The notes under the pieces are model-generated. The model did no database searches, had not been told where the DNA came from, and was given only the letters and a program-made list of their open reading frames with translations. Below, in pieces: positions 50,552 to 64,000 of a DNA stretch of 64,000 nt. Source of the DNA: Octopus vulgaris. Lineage: Eukaryota. Position numbers and translations under genes: made by a program. The stretch is taken from positions 114,762,001-114,826,000 of the forward strand of contig OX597821.1 in NCBI GenBank assembly GCA_951406725.2. Reading direction: 5' to 3'. How positions within the stretch are numbered: position 1 is the first letter of the stretch; the number at the start of each line of letters is the position of its first letter.

Positions 50552-50773
50552 CCCTTTAGTGATCGCATTATTCTGCCAAAATTAATCCCTTTTTATCCAC
50601 ATTGCCTTGAACTAATCAGGCATTAATCTTGTAGCTTTGAGATTTTGATGTGGTAGCTGTTAATTTTTAAAACGATATTGTAGGGCTGGTATGAGAGACC
50701 AGATCTGGCCAGTTTGAACATAAAACAGGCAGAATACTTTTGGCCGGATATGGCCGGTTTGAATGCTAAAGGG
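50552..50773. mobile_element. piggyBac-type MITE
   Basis: TTAA|CCCTTTAG...CTAAAGGG|TTAA. Related copies lie at about 6098-6314, 18640-18850, 46590-46812 and 52415-52560. Confidence 0.8.
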
Positions 50774-53046
50774 TTAAAGACTTCTAAGGGCTAACAAGAT
50801 ATTCACATTACATTGCTGACACAGAATGACACAAACCACAATTACTGACACTGGTGTGTTAGCTAGACTCCATAATTCTGGCAGATTAGTTCCTCTGACT
50901 CACCTTAGCAGGAAATGGCACTTCAATCCTGTGAAGATTAGCAGGATGTTGGACTCTAATAGTGCAAACACTGACAGAATGCCTAACATATCATAAACAG
51001 TGTTAATATAAAATATTTCAGTACCACATTGCTGCGAATATATACATCATTATTTTCAAGTTTCTATGAAGTATCATGCAGGTTTATTACGAACACCAGA
51101 CCATACTGACCAGATCACACTGACTGCAGTTGACAGTAACCAAATCACATTGGCAAGATAAGTGTCTCGCCTTTACTAACATAACAACTGGACGCCATAA
51201 TACTGCATAAATTACAAACATAATTCAACATATAGGGACAGATGTGGCTGTGTGGTAAGAAGTTTTTTTCTAACCACATAGTTATGGGTTCAGTCCCAAT
51301 ATGTCACACCTTGGGCAAGTGTCTTGAGTCGACCAAAACCTTGTGAGTGGATTTGAGAGATGGAAACTGAAAGAAGCCCGTCATATACATATATATATAT
51401 TTATTTCTGTGTGCCTGTCTTTGTTTATCCTCCACACTGCTTGGCAACCTGTGTTAGTGTGTTTACGTCCCTGTAACTTAGCAGTTTGGCAAAAGAGACC
51501 AATAGAATAAGTACCAGTCTTAAGAACAAAAATAATGGGGTTAAATCATTCGGCTAAAAATTCTTCTAGGCAATGCCCCAGCATGGCCACAGTAAAATGA
51601 CTGAGACAAGCAAAAGGTAAAAGCTACAAACATAAATGTCTCTGACAAATTGCTTACTGACAGCTTAATCGTGGGGCTTTTTTTTTTGTTATTAATCTAG
51701 TCTTTGGAGATGAAACTTCTCTTTTCTTTTATTTTATGTATACAACTAACTCCACTACACTTTGAGGGAAAATAAAACCATTCGAATCATAGTCTACATG
51801 TGTAATTATAAACATGGCATAGACGTTTAAATAAAAACATGACACTCGTCTCCAAGAGTGAGGTCAATGCTCCATCATCTTCATTAAAAAATTATGTCAT
51901 CACAAAGAACCTCTAGAATATTACTTCACAACATATTTTGTATGTCTGCTGTCTGTTTGTCTTTTTGCAGACTCCTAAAACTCCAAAATAAAAAGATGGT
52001 CTGGTGCTTATCTTCAATGTTCGTGTCTCAGATACAAATCTCCAAAATCCCACAGGAGGCTGTGTTCAACACTAAGAGTCAAAATATCCTATTATCCTTA
52101 CAGGGATGAACGGTAGTAACTTGTTTATAGCTTAATAAATTAGAGATTCAAGAGTCGAGGAACACCAGACAGTTGATGCTGCTGCTGACACGTTGCCAAT
52201 TGCTGAACCCTCTTAGCTGTGTATTGACTAGTTTATCAAGGTGGGTTGGCTGGCTTGAGCCAGTGCCAGCTGACTGGTCCCATGCTGGTGGCACATAAAA
52301 AGCACTGTTCAAGCATGGTTGATGCCAGTATTGCCTGAATGGCCCTCATACCGGTGGCACATAAAAAGCAGCCACTACACTTTCAGAGTGGTTGGTGTTA
52401 GGAAGGGCATCTCACAGTTTTTGAGATTCTGATGATATGATTGTTCATTTTTAAAAAGGCATTGTAGGGTCAGTGTGAGAGACCAGATCTGGCTGGTTTT
52501 AAGATACAACAGGTAAAATATTTTGGCTGGATATGGACAGTTGAAATGCTAAAGGGTTAAACATTTGGAAAATTTATTGGAATGATGTTCATCAACAGAC
52601 ACCATTCAAGACATTTTCTGAAGTAAAGTGAAAAGAGTGGCAAATCATATTGGCAAATGTGAAAAGACTGAGCCAGGAAGAGAAGTATAAGATTGAAATG
52701 AGGAACCGTTTCAGGCATTTTGTCAATCAGATTTTCAGGGTTTTGTCTTCTTTTCAATTTCTCTAGTACAATCTATTTTGCCAATTGCTCCAATTGCTTA
52801 TTAAATTGTAGATTATGTGCAGGAATAGAACTGTTTTAGCTGAACCAACTTGGGGGTAAGCGGGAGATAAAGAATATGGGAAATCAACAAAAGAGAACTA
52901 AAATGGTAATCGAAAGTTTTTAGCAAGAAATAACATTCAAAGGCTTACAGAAATTTTGGAAAATGAGAAAATACAATGTTTTGAAAGTAAATTCTTGGAG
53001 GTAGTGATTAGAAAAAAGTTGACAGTAGAACAGCTAACTTTGAAAC

Positions 53047-53094
53047 AATGGTTTGGGACAAATAAGAATGGTTTGGGACAAATAAGAATGGTTT
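53047..53094. repeat. 20-bp perfect tandem duplication
   Basis: aatggtttgggacaaataag x2.4. Confidence 0.9.
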
Positions 53095-56000
53095 TTCTGC
53101 AGAGTCTTTCCAAAAATCAAAGAACAATCTCTGTGAGAGTAAAAAAAAAACAGAAGCTGTAATTAGGTCCCTAAAGTATTAAATATCATCATCATCATCA
53201 TCACCATGATCAATCGAACCATGATAATACTACATAACAACTATGATCCATCCACCTGTCCATTTTAGACAACCACTATTCTTGGGAGGGTCACAGGGGG
53301 TAGAGTCCACAGGCAACTCCACCATAGGTTCCTATCAGAAGCAACTTTCTGGATGAATTTAGTCTTTCTCAACTGAACATCAGGTAATTCTAAATGTTTG
53401 ATCTACATTCTATAAAAACAAAAAAAAAATGTGTTGAGAATTTCATTAGTTCTCAATGATTAGGTTCATTTTAAGACAAACTATTATCACATCACCATGG
53501 TACTGGATGGTGTTACATGTTGATGGTAACAATGCACTTCACATTGTTTCTGCTTTTGAATGATGCCACTCTGCTGGCTGGGTAAGCAGGTCAACATTCC
53601 CCCTGGTCAGAGGGTCATTCTGTCAAAGGGTCACCCTTTGAGTGGATGGGAAGAATGTGAAATGAAGTGTTTTGCCCATGAATTGAACCCATTATCTAGC
53701 AATCATAAGTACAATACCCACACCAAAGAGCCATGCATTTGAGAATTAATGTCCCACCTTTAATTCCACAGAATTAAACATGGTTGTTATATAGTGTGAA
53801 ATTATTGGAAAATATTATCTCAAAATGTTTCAAATGCTTTTGTCTGAAGATTCTCAAGAATCCTTGGAATAAAGAAACTGATTAAAAAAAAACAAACTAA
53901 ACCATGACATTCTTCTTCATCTTTCTAACACACACATACACACTAACCACATACAGGTGTGACTATGTGGTAAGAAGACTGCTTCTCAACCATGTGATTT
54001 TGGTTTCAGTCCCATTGCATGGCACCTTGAGTGTTTTCTACAACAGCCTTGGGCTAACCAAAGCCTTGTTAGTGGATTCGGTAGACAGAAACTGAAAGAA
54101 GCACATTGTGTGTGTGTGTATGTGTGTACGTGTGTCTGTATGTGTATGTATGAGTGTGTGTGTGTGCCTGTGTGCGCACATGGGTGCATGTGTGTTTGTC
54201 CCCTACCACCACTTGACGACAGTGTTGGTTTGTTTATGTCCCTGTAAGCTAGTAGTTCAACTGAAGAGACCAAAAGAATAAGTGCCAGGCTTAATAAATT
54301 AAAAGATGAATAAACTAAGGTGGTACACCAGTATGGTCACAGTCTAATGACTGAAACAAGTAAAACATTCAATGTCCACCTTTCCATGCTTGCATGGATC
54401 AGATGGAATTTGTTGAGGTAGATTTCCTACAACAGGATGCCTTTCCTGTCACCAACTCTCACCCGTTTCCAAGCAAGGTAATATTCCTCCATATATTTTC
54501 ATGGAAACTGGAAATGAAGAACTTTGCTTGTATGATGGTGATGCTTGTTAACAATCATCACATGTCAAGACAAAGCTAAACACACACACAAACACACACA
54601 CACGGTTGGCTTTTTTTCAGTTTCCAACTAGCAAATCCACTTACAAGGCGCTTCGGTTGGTCCAAGGTTACAATGCACTGGAAGTGAACCCCAAACCATA
54701 GGATTGCAAAATAAGCTTATTAACCACACATACACATACAAAATGCATGTATTTAACAAAGACACTTCACATTTCAGTTTTCCAGTCATTTTTGGCAAAC
54801 TTTCCCAACTTTTAATAAATACACAAATAACATCAATATTTTTGTTTTGTAAGGTGGCGAGCTGGCAGAACCGTTAGCATGCTGGGCAAAATGATCAGTG
54901 GTATTTCATCTGTCTTTACGTTCTGAGTTCAAATTCTGCTGAGGTCAACTTTGCCTTTCATCCTTTGGGAGGGGGGGGAATTAAGTACCAGTCATGTACT
55001 GGGGTTGATCTAATCAACTGGTCCCCTCCCCCAACATTTTAAGACTTTCACTCTGAACTGATTCATTGAATGAATTAATAGACTAAATTAGGAAATAAAT
55101 CTAAATTAAAGATAAAGCCTTTAGCATTATATGGCACCTTGAGCAAATGTCTTCGATTATAGCCCAGTAGATTTGGAAAACAGAAACCGAAAGAACTTAT
55201 GTCTTGCCTAGACATCACATGATCATTGTTAATGCAAAAACAAGTCTGGCCATGAGAGTTGGTGACAGGAAGGGCACCCAGCTGCAGAAAATCTGCCTCA
55301 ACAAATTCTGTCCAACCCATGCCAGCATGGAAAAAGTGGACATTAAAACAATGATGATGATGATTTAATATTCCAGCTGAAGTGTTGCAGATAAAAACGG
55401 TAGTATAGTGCCAAGTATTCTTGTGTTCACATTCCAAGTTCAAGCTCCACTGAAGTCAATTTTGTAGCTAGTTTTCCTCAAGAGTAAAACTGGCATCAGA
55501 ATATACTGGGGTCAATGTCCCCATAAATAACCAATCTCGTACTCAGTTAAAAGTGATTAAACATTGTTTTAGGGATCTTAAAAATAACCAACCATATTCT
55601 ATAGATTTAAGACATTTCTTTAAACAAAATGGGTTTAATATTTCCCTTGGCGCATAAAAGACGGTGAGCTGGCAGAAGTGTTAACACAACGGGGAAAAAT
55701 GCTGAGTGACATTTTTTCTGTCTTTACATTGTGAGTTCAAATTCTGCCAAGGTTAACTTTGCCTTTTATCCTTTTGAAGTCAATAAAATTTATGGGAATT
55801 TATGTAATTGACTTATCCCACCAAATATTTGACGGGGCGGGGGGCACAAAGACATAGAAACACAAATTAATCATGAATATCCCCTTGACTAGCCCCCAAT
55901 ATTCTAGGTTTTATTTTCAAACCCCTCACATCTACCCAAAAATGTCATTCCAAAATTTTTTTAAATCACATCATTGAAATCTCAGAGATACGAGATAATA

Positions 56001-56835
56001 CAGGATTAATTCAAAGCAATGCGAATAAATAAACATTACATTTAACAGAGTAATCTGAATGCTTAAATTGAAAACGGACACCTTTTAGAGTGCAATCTAA
56101 TAAAATGTTAACATGTGACATGACCTGGTGGTCAGTTTATAGCAAGGGAGGTAATCTTTTCTCAATCAAACATGGTGAGACGAGAAGTTTGGATTTTCAA
56201 TCAAAGAACAAGAAAGAAGATGCAAAGAATAAATATGAATCCAACTTTTCTGACAAGAATTCAACAATTAAACAACTGAGGCTAAATTAAAGAAAGCAAT
56301 CAGGGTAATTAGCTCTTAATACTAAACAAGGAGTGACTATTTCAATTTCTTTTAAACACACTTAAAACAAATTGAAATAGTGATAAATATAGAGGTAGTT
56401 ATTGAATAGTATTTATTATTATTATTATCATTATTATTATTATTATTATCATTATTAAGGTAATGAGTGGGAAGAATCGTTAACATGCTGGACAAAATTT
56501 TTAGTGATATTTTGTCTGTCTCTAAATTCTGAGGTCAACTTTGCCTTGCATCCTTTTAGAGGTCGATGTCGTCAAGTAGCCCCTTTCCGCCAAATTTCTT
56601 GACCTCGTGCCTACAGTAGAAAGGATTATTAGTATCATTACGTTCTGAGTGGTGTTCCATCCATCTTTATGTTCTAAGACCAACTTCTGCCAAGGTTGAC
56701 TTTGCCTTTCGTCTTTTGGGAAACAATAAAATAAGTATCAGTCATGTACTGCGGCCAATGTAATCGTCCTTCCTCTGTCCCCTCAAAAACTTCTAGCCCT
56801 ATGTCAAAATTTGAAACCATTATTTCTACTACTAC

Positions 56836-56882
<47 letters not shown>

Positions 56883-59800
56883 TTATTACTATTTGCCACG
56901 AGGAACAAAAAATGGGAGAGGAATCTCTCAGAATTTGAAGTAAAATGAGATTGTCTGACATGCTGGAGCATCACTAAATTTTCATTCTTCATTGGAATGG
57001 TAACTCTACAAACTATAGCTTGCTTTAAAAAGTTAAATAAAATATTTTTTAAAAACCCTTAAATATGAAAAAATATCCATGCAAAAAGGTTATGTGGAAG
57101 AGTTAGTGAAGGAAAGCAAAGGGAATATTGCCAACACATGCACTGTATCAAACTAGCCATACAATGTGTAAATATTCTTTAAATATTAAAAAAGTTTTCA
57201 AATTGATAAAGGCTAGAAAAGAAATAGTCTCAGAAAAAAATCCTTAATTGCTGAAATGAAAATGGAAGTAAATGGAAGTAGAGCAACACACATGAAGTTG
57301 CTCATATGTGCTTCTGTTGTTGATTGTAATCATGCCTCACCTTTTAGTAGTAAGCGAAGTCCACCTCAAACTTTGATCTCTCCTACATATAAAGGTGCAA
57401 CAATAGTAAAGATCTTCATTGTTGTACAATGAGGTTCTGTCAATGTGGTGACCTGTGATATTTATATTTAGAAACCAGACCCGTGTTTTCGTAAACAAAT
57501 TAAAAATTACAAACCTAACAGTTCCTCTCCATCAAAGATTTTAGTGAGATAAAAACAACTGCATTTAGATAAGCTAATGAAAAAGCCTTTATATGATCAC
57601 CTGACCTGTTAAAGATAGCAGTCACATTTCCCTCAAATCACATCCCACAATCTTAGAAATGGAAGGAGACATTGAACAATGTAATCATAGGTACACTATG
57701 CCATGAAAGAGCAGAATGATCACAGCTGGAATGTCTTTTGTGATAGGAATTTGCAGCAACAGAATTTAATATTTAAATAATCAAGGACTTCCTCCCACCC
57801 CACATTCAAAATATAGACTAGATCTTGAAATTAGATATTGAATTTTGTAATTAGTCAAAAGTAATCAATTTTATAACAAAACTTTTGGTTTTGAGGAATC
57901 CTAAACTAATTGAACTTACTTCAACTTCAGCTGTTCATAAAAACAAAGTGCTTTTATTTATTTTTCTTTGATACTTACAAAAGATATTAAAAACAAGCCT
58001 GTTTCATGTTGGTTATATAAATCCATGGTTGTAAGACTTGACTACAATTAGGACATCTTAGAGAAATTCGACAAACCACAAGACTGTCTTTGGGCCCCAA
58101 ATGTGGGGAACCTCTTACAACCAAAGGGAACAGTAAAGGTCATTTCCTTTTTAAGAAGGGGCCCAGAAAATAATCACAGATATTCCCTGGACCAAGGACT
58201 GATGTACTAGTTGACCCTACTTCAATAGGGCTTGGCTGCAGCTCCCATACATACAATGGGATCTCCACCACACCATTTCCTACCAACAAAATTTGAGATT
58301 GCTTCCAAAGAAAAGTCATTAACATAATTAGCAGGCTGACTAATTCGAAACTGCTCATAGTTCTCATTTCAAATTAATGTAAGGTGTTTTTTGTCTGATG
58401 GACTCTCAACATATTCCTTGCATGAATAAACAAGCATTACATTTAACAGAATAATCTAAATGCCAAAGGGTTAAGTCTGTAATCCATCCAAGTCATCCTA
58501 CTTTCATTAGCAAATACTGACCAATCCAGAAGTAAGCACTGACCATTGCAATTTTACACAATTCCCTCATTAATCCTGTTAAAGAATATTCCAGAATTTC
58601 TTTTCTCTTTCTCTCAACTACAAATAAGGAAGACTGTCTAAATCTTCTCATTAAGCACAAATCCAATAATTGAGATAATCTACATATATCTCATATTAAA
58701 AAGGGATTAATAACATCCAGTTTTACTTTTCAATACCAACATAATCTGTTTTTTTTGTTTTTTTCATTGTGGCACATGTAATAACCACTGGATTATCCAC
58801 AAAGTTGCATTTAAATCCATTCATTCATTCTGTTTGATGTCTGTTTTCTCATGGTAGCATGACTTAGAAAGGGAGGTAACTGAGGCAGGAGTTTTTTTTT
58901 TTTATAAGTGGATGCTCTTCCAGTTGCTAACCCTTACCAGCTTTTCAAGAAAGGGATTTTGTTTTTATTTCAAAGGAATTCAAAAGTACAGAGCCAGTGG
59001 ATGATTTGTTGACAAGGAATCTCACCTGTTGCAGCACAAGTGGTGATGTCACTGTTTGTAGCTAAGCATCTGTAGCCATAGTTTATCATTGGTTGTAAAC
59101 ATTATGACTTATTATGTAGCAAGGAAGTTAATAATTGGTGTTGTAGTCATCTAATTTTTGTTAATTAGTTTTAATTAGCTAATACTATTTACAGAGAAAA
59201 TGAAGGATAGACATATTTATCTGAGAAATTTTGTTGGGTTCAAAACAAAACTAACAGCCTAAGGAAAGTTTAATTTACTAAATAGTTTAGCAGGGATATG
59301 GAGGAGTGATGGGCAATGCCAGGACGAGAAGTGAAGAAGCAAGGGTGACATCAGGACCAGAAGCAAGGGGAAAATGATGTCATGGGATGAAGGGGCAATT
59401 TTGGACAGCCCTTTTCTTCCTGACAACACCAAGGTGAACAAACATATGGAAGGAATTTTTGGGTAGAGCAGTTACTGGCCAGAGGTACCTTCAACAAATT
59501 CTGCTGATCCTTGTAAGGTGAAACTAAACTATATTGACAAATAAATGGTAAAGTCAGCACTCTTATACCAAATAAATTAATAAAATTACTTGGAGAGACA
59601 AAGAATAATTTTGTGTGAAAAATGTGACTGATTCTTTGTATTTGTTAACAAGGCATCAATGGAAAGGTTCAATCACTAATTTCTGTAATAGTTAAGAAAT
59701 TAAATTAATTATTTTTTTTTTTGAGAAAAACAAATCTGTTCAAATATATTCTTGTATAAATTTGCAATATTTTTAGTTTATTTTAAAGATAATTTTATTA

Positions 59801-60521
59801 ATAAAACCTAACTATGAAAGGTGGAGTTGGATGTCTGGAGACATTAAGTTACAAAGAAACACTTGAGTTACTTTATTTAGAACTGAAAGAGGAAAGTAAT
59901 AATGACAACACTGCTATAGATGTTGACATCATTGAACAGGATTCCTAGCTGCCGAGAGGAATAAATACTTCCACTTGACCTCTTTCAATTCCAAGTTTTC
60001 TACTCACTTAAAATACAACAGCAACTCATTCGCCATGCTCACAACACTTGGTCTAACCTAAGCATTGTAATTTTTATTTTTAATCATCAACTTATATACA
60101 GCACCATAATTTATTTATTTACAGTAAATACTCTTTTAATTAAAAGTGGATCCAGATATCATATCAATAAAACAACAACATCAGTCTTTTCACTGAGCTG
60201 GTGGAGTCCCGCCAAAGCAATGGATTGGAAACAATACATGATCCCATCAAGGTGTGACGGAGAGGGTTTGAAGGCCAATCCCTCTGCAGAACTTTCACCA
60301 TGCTGAGCATCACAGGGACCTGTAGGTAGAAGACCATCAGGTTAACAGCTGAGGCAGCAAAGGTAGCTTCAAGGTTGTGAATGTGATGGCATGAACCCTG
60401 GAACGGTTCCCGAGGTAGTGATGACCAAACACAAGCTGGGGCTTGATTAACACTAGGTGAGAGGGTTGCATTGTCAGAAAACCCAAAATACCTAATGATC
60501 TCTAGAAACATTACTGATGAT

Positions 60522-60662
60522 ACATTATTTATCATTTGACAGATATTTGTCCTCATCTTGTTTGAGGTTAACACACCGTTTCGGCTGATATACCCTCCAG
60601 CCTTCATCAGGTGTCTTGGGGAAATTTCGAACCTGGGTTCTCATTCCTAAGGTATTTTTCAA

Positions 60663-60709
<47 letters not shown>

Positions 60710-60781
60710 TCACTGCCTGTAATCAAACTCGGAAGTTTGGGTTAGTAGCCCATGCTCTTAACCACTACGCCATATGCCCAT
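60522..60781 (-). mobile_element. Second copy of the tRNA-headed hammerhead element
   Basis: TSD ATTACTGATGAT at 60510-60521 and 60782-60793. A box TGGCGTAGTGG at 60762-60772, (AAT)n, hammerhead core at 60570-60615. Confidence 0.8.
60570..60615 (-). ncRNA. Minimal type I hammerhead ribozyme motif (conserved U of the cleavage triplet mutated)
   Basis: GACAC-CTGATGA-A-GGCTG-GAGGGTATAT-CAGCC-GAAA-CGGT-GTGTT. Stem I GACAC/GTGTT pairs fully. Confidence 0.65.
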
Positions 60782-61490
60782 ATTACTGATGATGTACAAA
60801 AAACCAAAGATGAATCAGAAGAAATGGAACTTACTCTCAACATATCATTAATCACTAATCAAGTACCGTAAAATGAAACAGATTAATCAAAGACCTGCGA
60901 ATAAGATATCGTGTGGCTAGATTGATTAGCAAATGTCGGCAGGTAAATTCTGAAGAAATAACATTTTTCAGATCAAATTAAATAGTTACGATTTTTCTTT
61001 TGTTTTCGATTTTTTTTTGCTTTGTTTCGTTTTTTCTTTTTTGTTTTTCAAGGAAACTAATCAAACAACACAAAGGTAATGTTAGCCACTGACAACAACC
61101 TGTGGAGGGGACAAGAAAAGGGAAAGGAAACAAGATAGGAGAATAGGACAGAATGAAAAAAATAGAACAAAACATGCTAAAATAGACAGGTTGCACATCA
61201 AACCTTTTACGTCTTCCTTACAACAAGACTTGGTTATAACAAGGTTATCAAGGGCCAGCTCTCCTGAGAGAAAAACAAAACAGAATGGCATGGAATAGAA
61301 CAAAAAGCAGCAAAAAAAAAAAAAAAAGAGAATAGAATTAATAAGATAGGCGCAAGCGTGGCCGCGTGGTAAGAAGTTTGCTTCCCAGTCACATGAATGT
61401 GGGTTCAGTCCCACAATGTCTTCTACTATAGCTTCAGGCCAACCAAAGCCTTGGGAGCAGATTTAGTAGATGGAATCTGAACGAAGCCTG

Positions 61491-61538
<48 letters not shown>

Positions 61539-62156
61539 ATCTGTTTGTCCCCACGACCACCACCACTTGACGACTGGTGTTGGTGTATTTATGTCCACAT
61601 AACTGAGCAGTTTGGCAAAGAAGTCCAACAGAATAAGTACCCAGCTTTAAAAAACAAAAAAATAAGCGCTGGGGGTCAATTCGTTCAACTAAAATTCTTC
61701 AAGGCAGTGCCCCAGCATGGCCACAGTCAAATCATTGAAACAAGTGAAAGAACAAAAGAAGAAGAGAATTAGCAAAGACACACAGAATTAATTTTTCTCT
61801 TTTTGTGAGGTCAGAGAAAAATGAGAGAAGCGTCATTAGTTCAGCCTAGAAAAACATTGTGCAACCTGGATTCTTAACAACAATAACAACGACAACAACA
61901 ACGACAACCACATCTGTGCATTGGTTTAGTAAAAAGAAAACATTGGAAACATTTCAAAGTTGTTGATGTCAAGGGATCATAAATTTCTTTGAGAGAATCA
62001 AATTCAAAACTAAAGGGGTCTTTCTCTCTCCCGAAGAGGAATTCATAGGACTCTGCAAATGTGCAATTTTATAAAATCTTTCATTTAAAAATAATAAACT
62101 GAATAAAATACTCCATTAAATAAATGTAGAAATATTTCTGAGATTCTTTCTATTCA

Positions 62157-62520
62157 TGGCAGGAGTGGCTGTGTGGTAAGTAGCTTACTTACCAACCACA
62201 CAGTTCCAGGTTCAGTCCCACTGTGTGCCACCTTGGGCAAGTGTCTTCTACTATAGCCTCAGGCAAACCAAAGCCTGGTGACTGGATTTGGTAAACGGAA
62301 ACTGAAAGAAGCCCGTCGTATAAAATATGTGTGTGTGTGTGTCCAACATTGCTTGACAACCAATGCTGGGGTGTTTAGGTCCTTGTAACTTAGCGGGTCA
62401 GCAAAAGAAACCGATAGAATAAGTACTAGGCTTACAAAGAATAAGTCCTGGGGTCGATTTGCTCGACTAAAGGCGGTGCTCCCGCATGGACACAGTCAAA
62501 TGACTGAAAAGAATAAAAGA
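62157..62520 (+). mobile_element. tRNA-derived SINE (family A head) with alternative tail ending gactgaaa(c)aag..aaaaga
   Basis: Head ggcaggagtggctgtgtggtaagtagctt..ggttcagtccc, (TG)n middle, tail gatagaataagtactaggc. Related copies lie at about 17975-18330(-), 51238-51620(+), 53955-54365(+) and 61348-61760(+). Confidence 0.8.
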
Positions 62521-62884
62521 AAGAATTATTTATTCTTGAAGCTGAAGCCAACTTAAACCATCAGAGTCACCTGACTGGCTCCCCATGCCAGTGGCACGTA
62601 AAAAGCACCATCCAAATGTGGTTGATGCCAGCTCCCCTACCCCAACTGGCTCCTGTGCTGTTGGCACATAAAAAGCACCATCCGAACGTGGCTAACACCT
62701 GTACCGCCTGACCTGTTCCGGTGCCGGTGGTACGTAAAAAGCATCCACTACACTCTTGGAGTGGTTGGCGCTGGGAAGGTCACCCAGCTGTAGAAACATT
62801 GCCAGATCAGATTGGAACCTGGTGCAGCCTCCTGGCTTACCAGCCCTCAAGACAAACCATCCAAACAACAGCAACAACAATATT

Positions 62885-63540
62885 AGTTTCAAATTTTGGC
62901 ACACAGCCAGCAATTTTAGGGGATAACATCTACTCCAGTATTCAATTGGTACTTATTTTATCGACCCTAAAAGGATGAAAGGCAAAATCCACCTTTGCTG
63001 CATTTGAACCAGAACGTAAAGATGGACAAAATGCTGCCAAGCATTTTGCCCAACATGGTAACAATTCTGTCAGCTCACCACCTTCAATAATAATAGTAAT
63101 AACCCTTTCTATTAAAGGCACAAGGCCTGAAATTTGAGAGGAGGGAGATAGTCAATTACATTGACCCCAGTGTTTTACTGGTACTTAATTTACTGACCCA
63201 AAAAGGATGAAAGGCAACATCAACCTCAGCAGAATTTGAACTCAGGAAATAGCAGCAGACAAAATGCTGCTAAGTATTTTGCCCAGTGTGCTAACGATTC
63301 TGCCAGCTCACCACCATAATAATAATAATCCTTTCTGCTAAAGACACAAGGTCAGAAATTTGACAGGAGGGGACTAGTCAGTTACATCAACCCCCAGCAT
63401 TTGAGTGGTATTTAATTTATCAACCCCGAAAGGATGAAAGGCAAAGTCAACCCCAACGAAATTTGAACTCAGAATGTAGCAGTAGACGAAATACCACTAA
63501 GCATTTTACCCGGCATGCTAACAATTCTGCCAGCTAGCAA
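62885..63540 (-). mobile_element. Three head-to-tail copies of SINE family B separated by (AAT)n
   Basis: Unit ggtgagctggcagaat..gagttcaaat..gactttgcctttcatcctttcgggg..aagtaccag. Other copies lie at about 3706-4088, 38745-38953, 47970-48490, 54853-55040, 55660-55820 and 56457-56890. Confidence 0.8.
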
Positions 63541-63851
63541 TAATAATAATAATAATAATAGTAATAATAATATTGCAAAATGCTTAAGTTTAGATGTTAT
63601 AAAATATACAAGAGTTAAATAAATCTGACCCCGAAGTTACATACAACACAACAGAGGTATGTACACGCAATTTATAAATATCAGTCTATGTATGTAGGAC
63701 TAAATGTCATAACGGAAATAAACCAACATAAAATTTCGACAAACAAAAATCTAGCAGTTCTACTGTCAACTTCACAAATATACAAAGTCATTACCAACAC
63801 GATTTATAATTAGTGTTAAATAAATATTAATCCATTAGAAAAAGAAAAGCC

Positions 63852-63855
63852 TGTA

Positions 63856-63918
<63 letters not shown>

Positions 63919-64000
63919 ATGTATGTATGTATATATATGTGTATATATATATTATATACATACATATATATATATTATATACATACATATATATATATAT
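63852..64000. repeat. Compound (TG)n/(TA)n microsatellite, representative of dozens in the window
   Basis: Directly visible. Others include (TA)n at 3049-3102, (AAT)n at about 4382-4452 and (TG)n at about 40008-40046. Confidence 0.97.

Noticed and set aside
57341-57452. Possible SARA exon (atcacag|...AAG|gtgagg, 112 nt)
   Set aside because: The frame compatible with the next exon contains a stop, and there is no FYVE or SARA similarity.
45869-64000. FYVE-domain exon(s) of SARA
   Set aside because: I found no WxxD / RRHHCRxCG / RVC coding segment by eye; they are presumably beyond the window, though a short exon could have been missed.

Overview
AT-rich, microsatellite-dense animal genomic DNA. 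The repeat content suggests a coleoid cephalopod, probably Octopus; this is an inference. The window lies almost entirely within one minus-strand gene, a SARA/ZFYVE9 (ZFYVE9/ZFYVE16 family) homolog. I traced 12 coding exons by hand from 45868 down to the stop at 5034. All have GT-AG boundaries and consistent phases (1946 nt, about 648 codons), and they encode the Smad-binding domain, a PP1-docking KQVIF motif and the conserved C-terminal domain. I found no FYVE-encoding or more N-terminal exons; they probably lie beyond 64000. The introns are packed with mobile DNA: a near-intact RTE LINE (20011-25611), two younger 5'-truncated RTE copies, decayed RTE and R4/Dong-like fragments, several tRNA-derived SINE families, and piggyBac- and hAT-type MITEs. 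Three observations stand out. (1) A small non-autonomous element has a tRNA-like Pol III head, a minimal hammerhead ribozyme and Penelope-type inverted-tail insertions with 11-12 bp TSDs (3 copies). (2) The RTE carries three tandem 516-bp promoter-like monomers at its 5' end. (3) A C4HC3 PHD-like finger is inserted inside the RTE reverse transcriptase. Repeat boundaries are approximate unless a TSD is cited.
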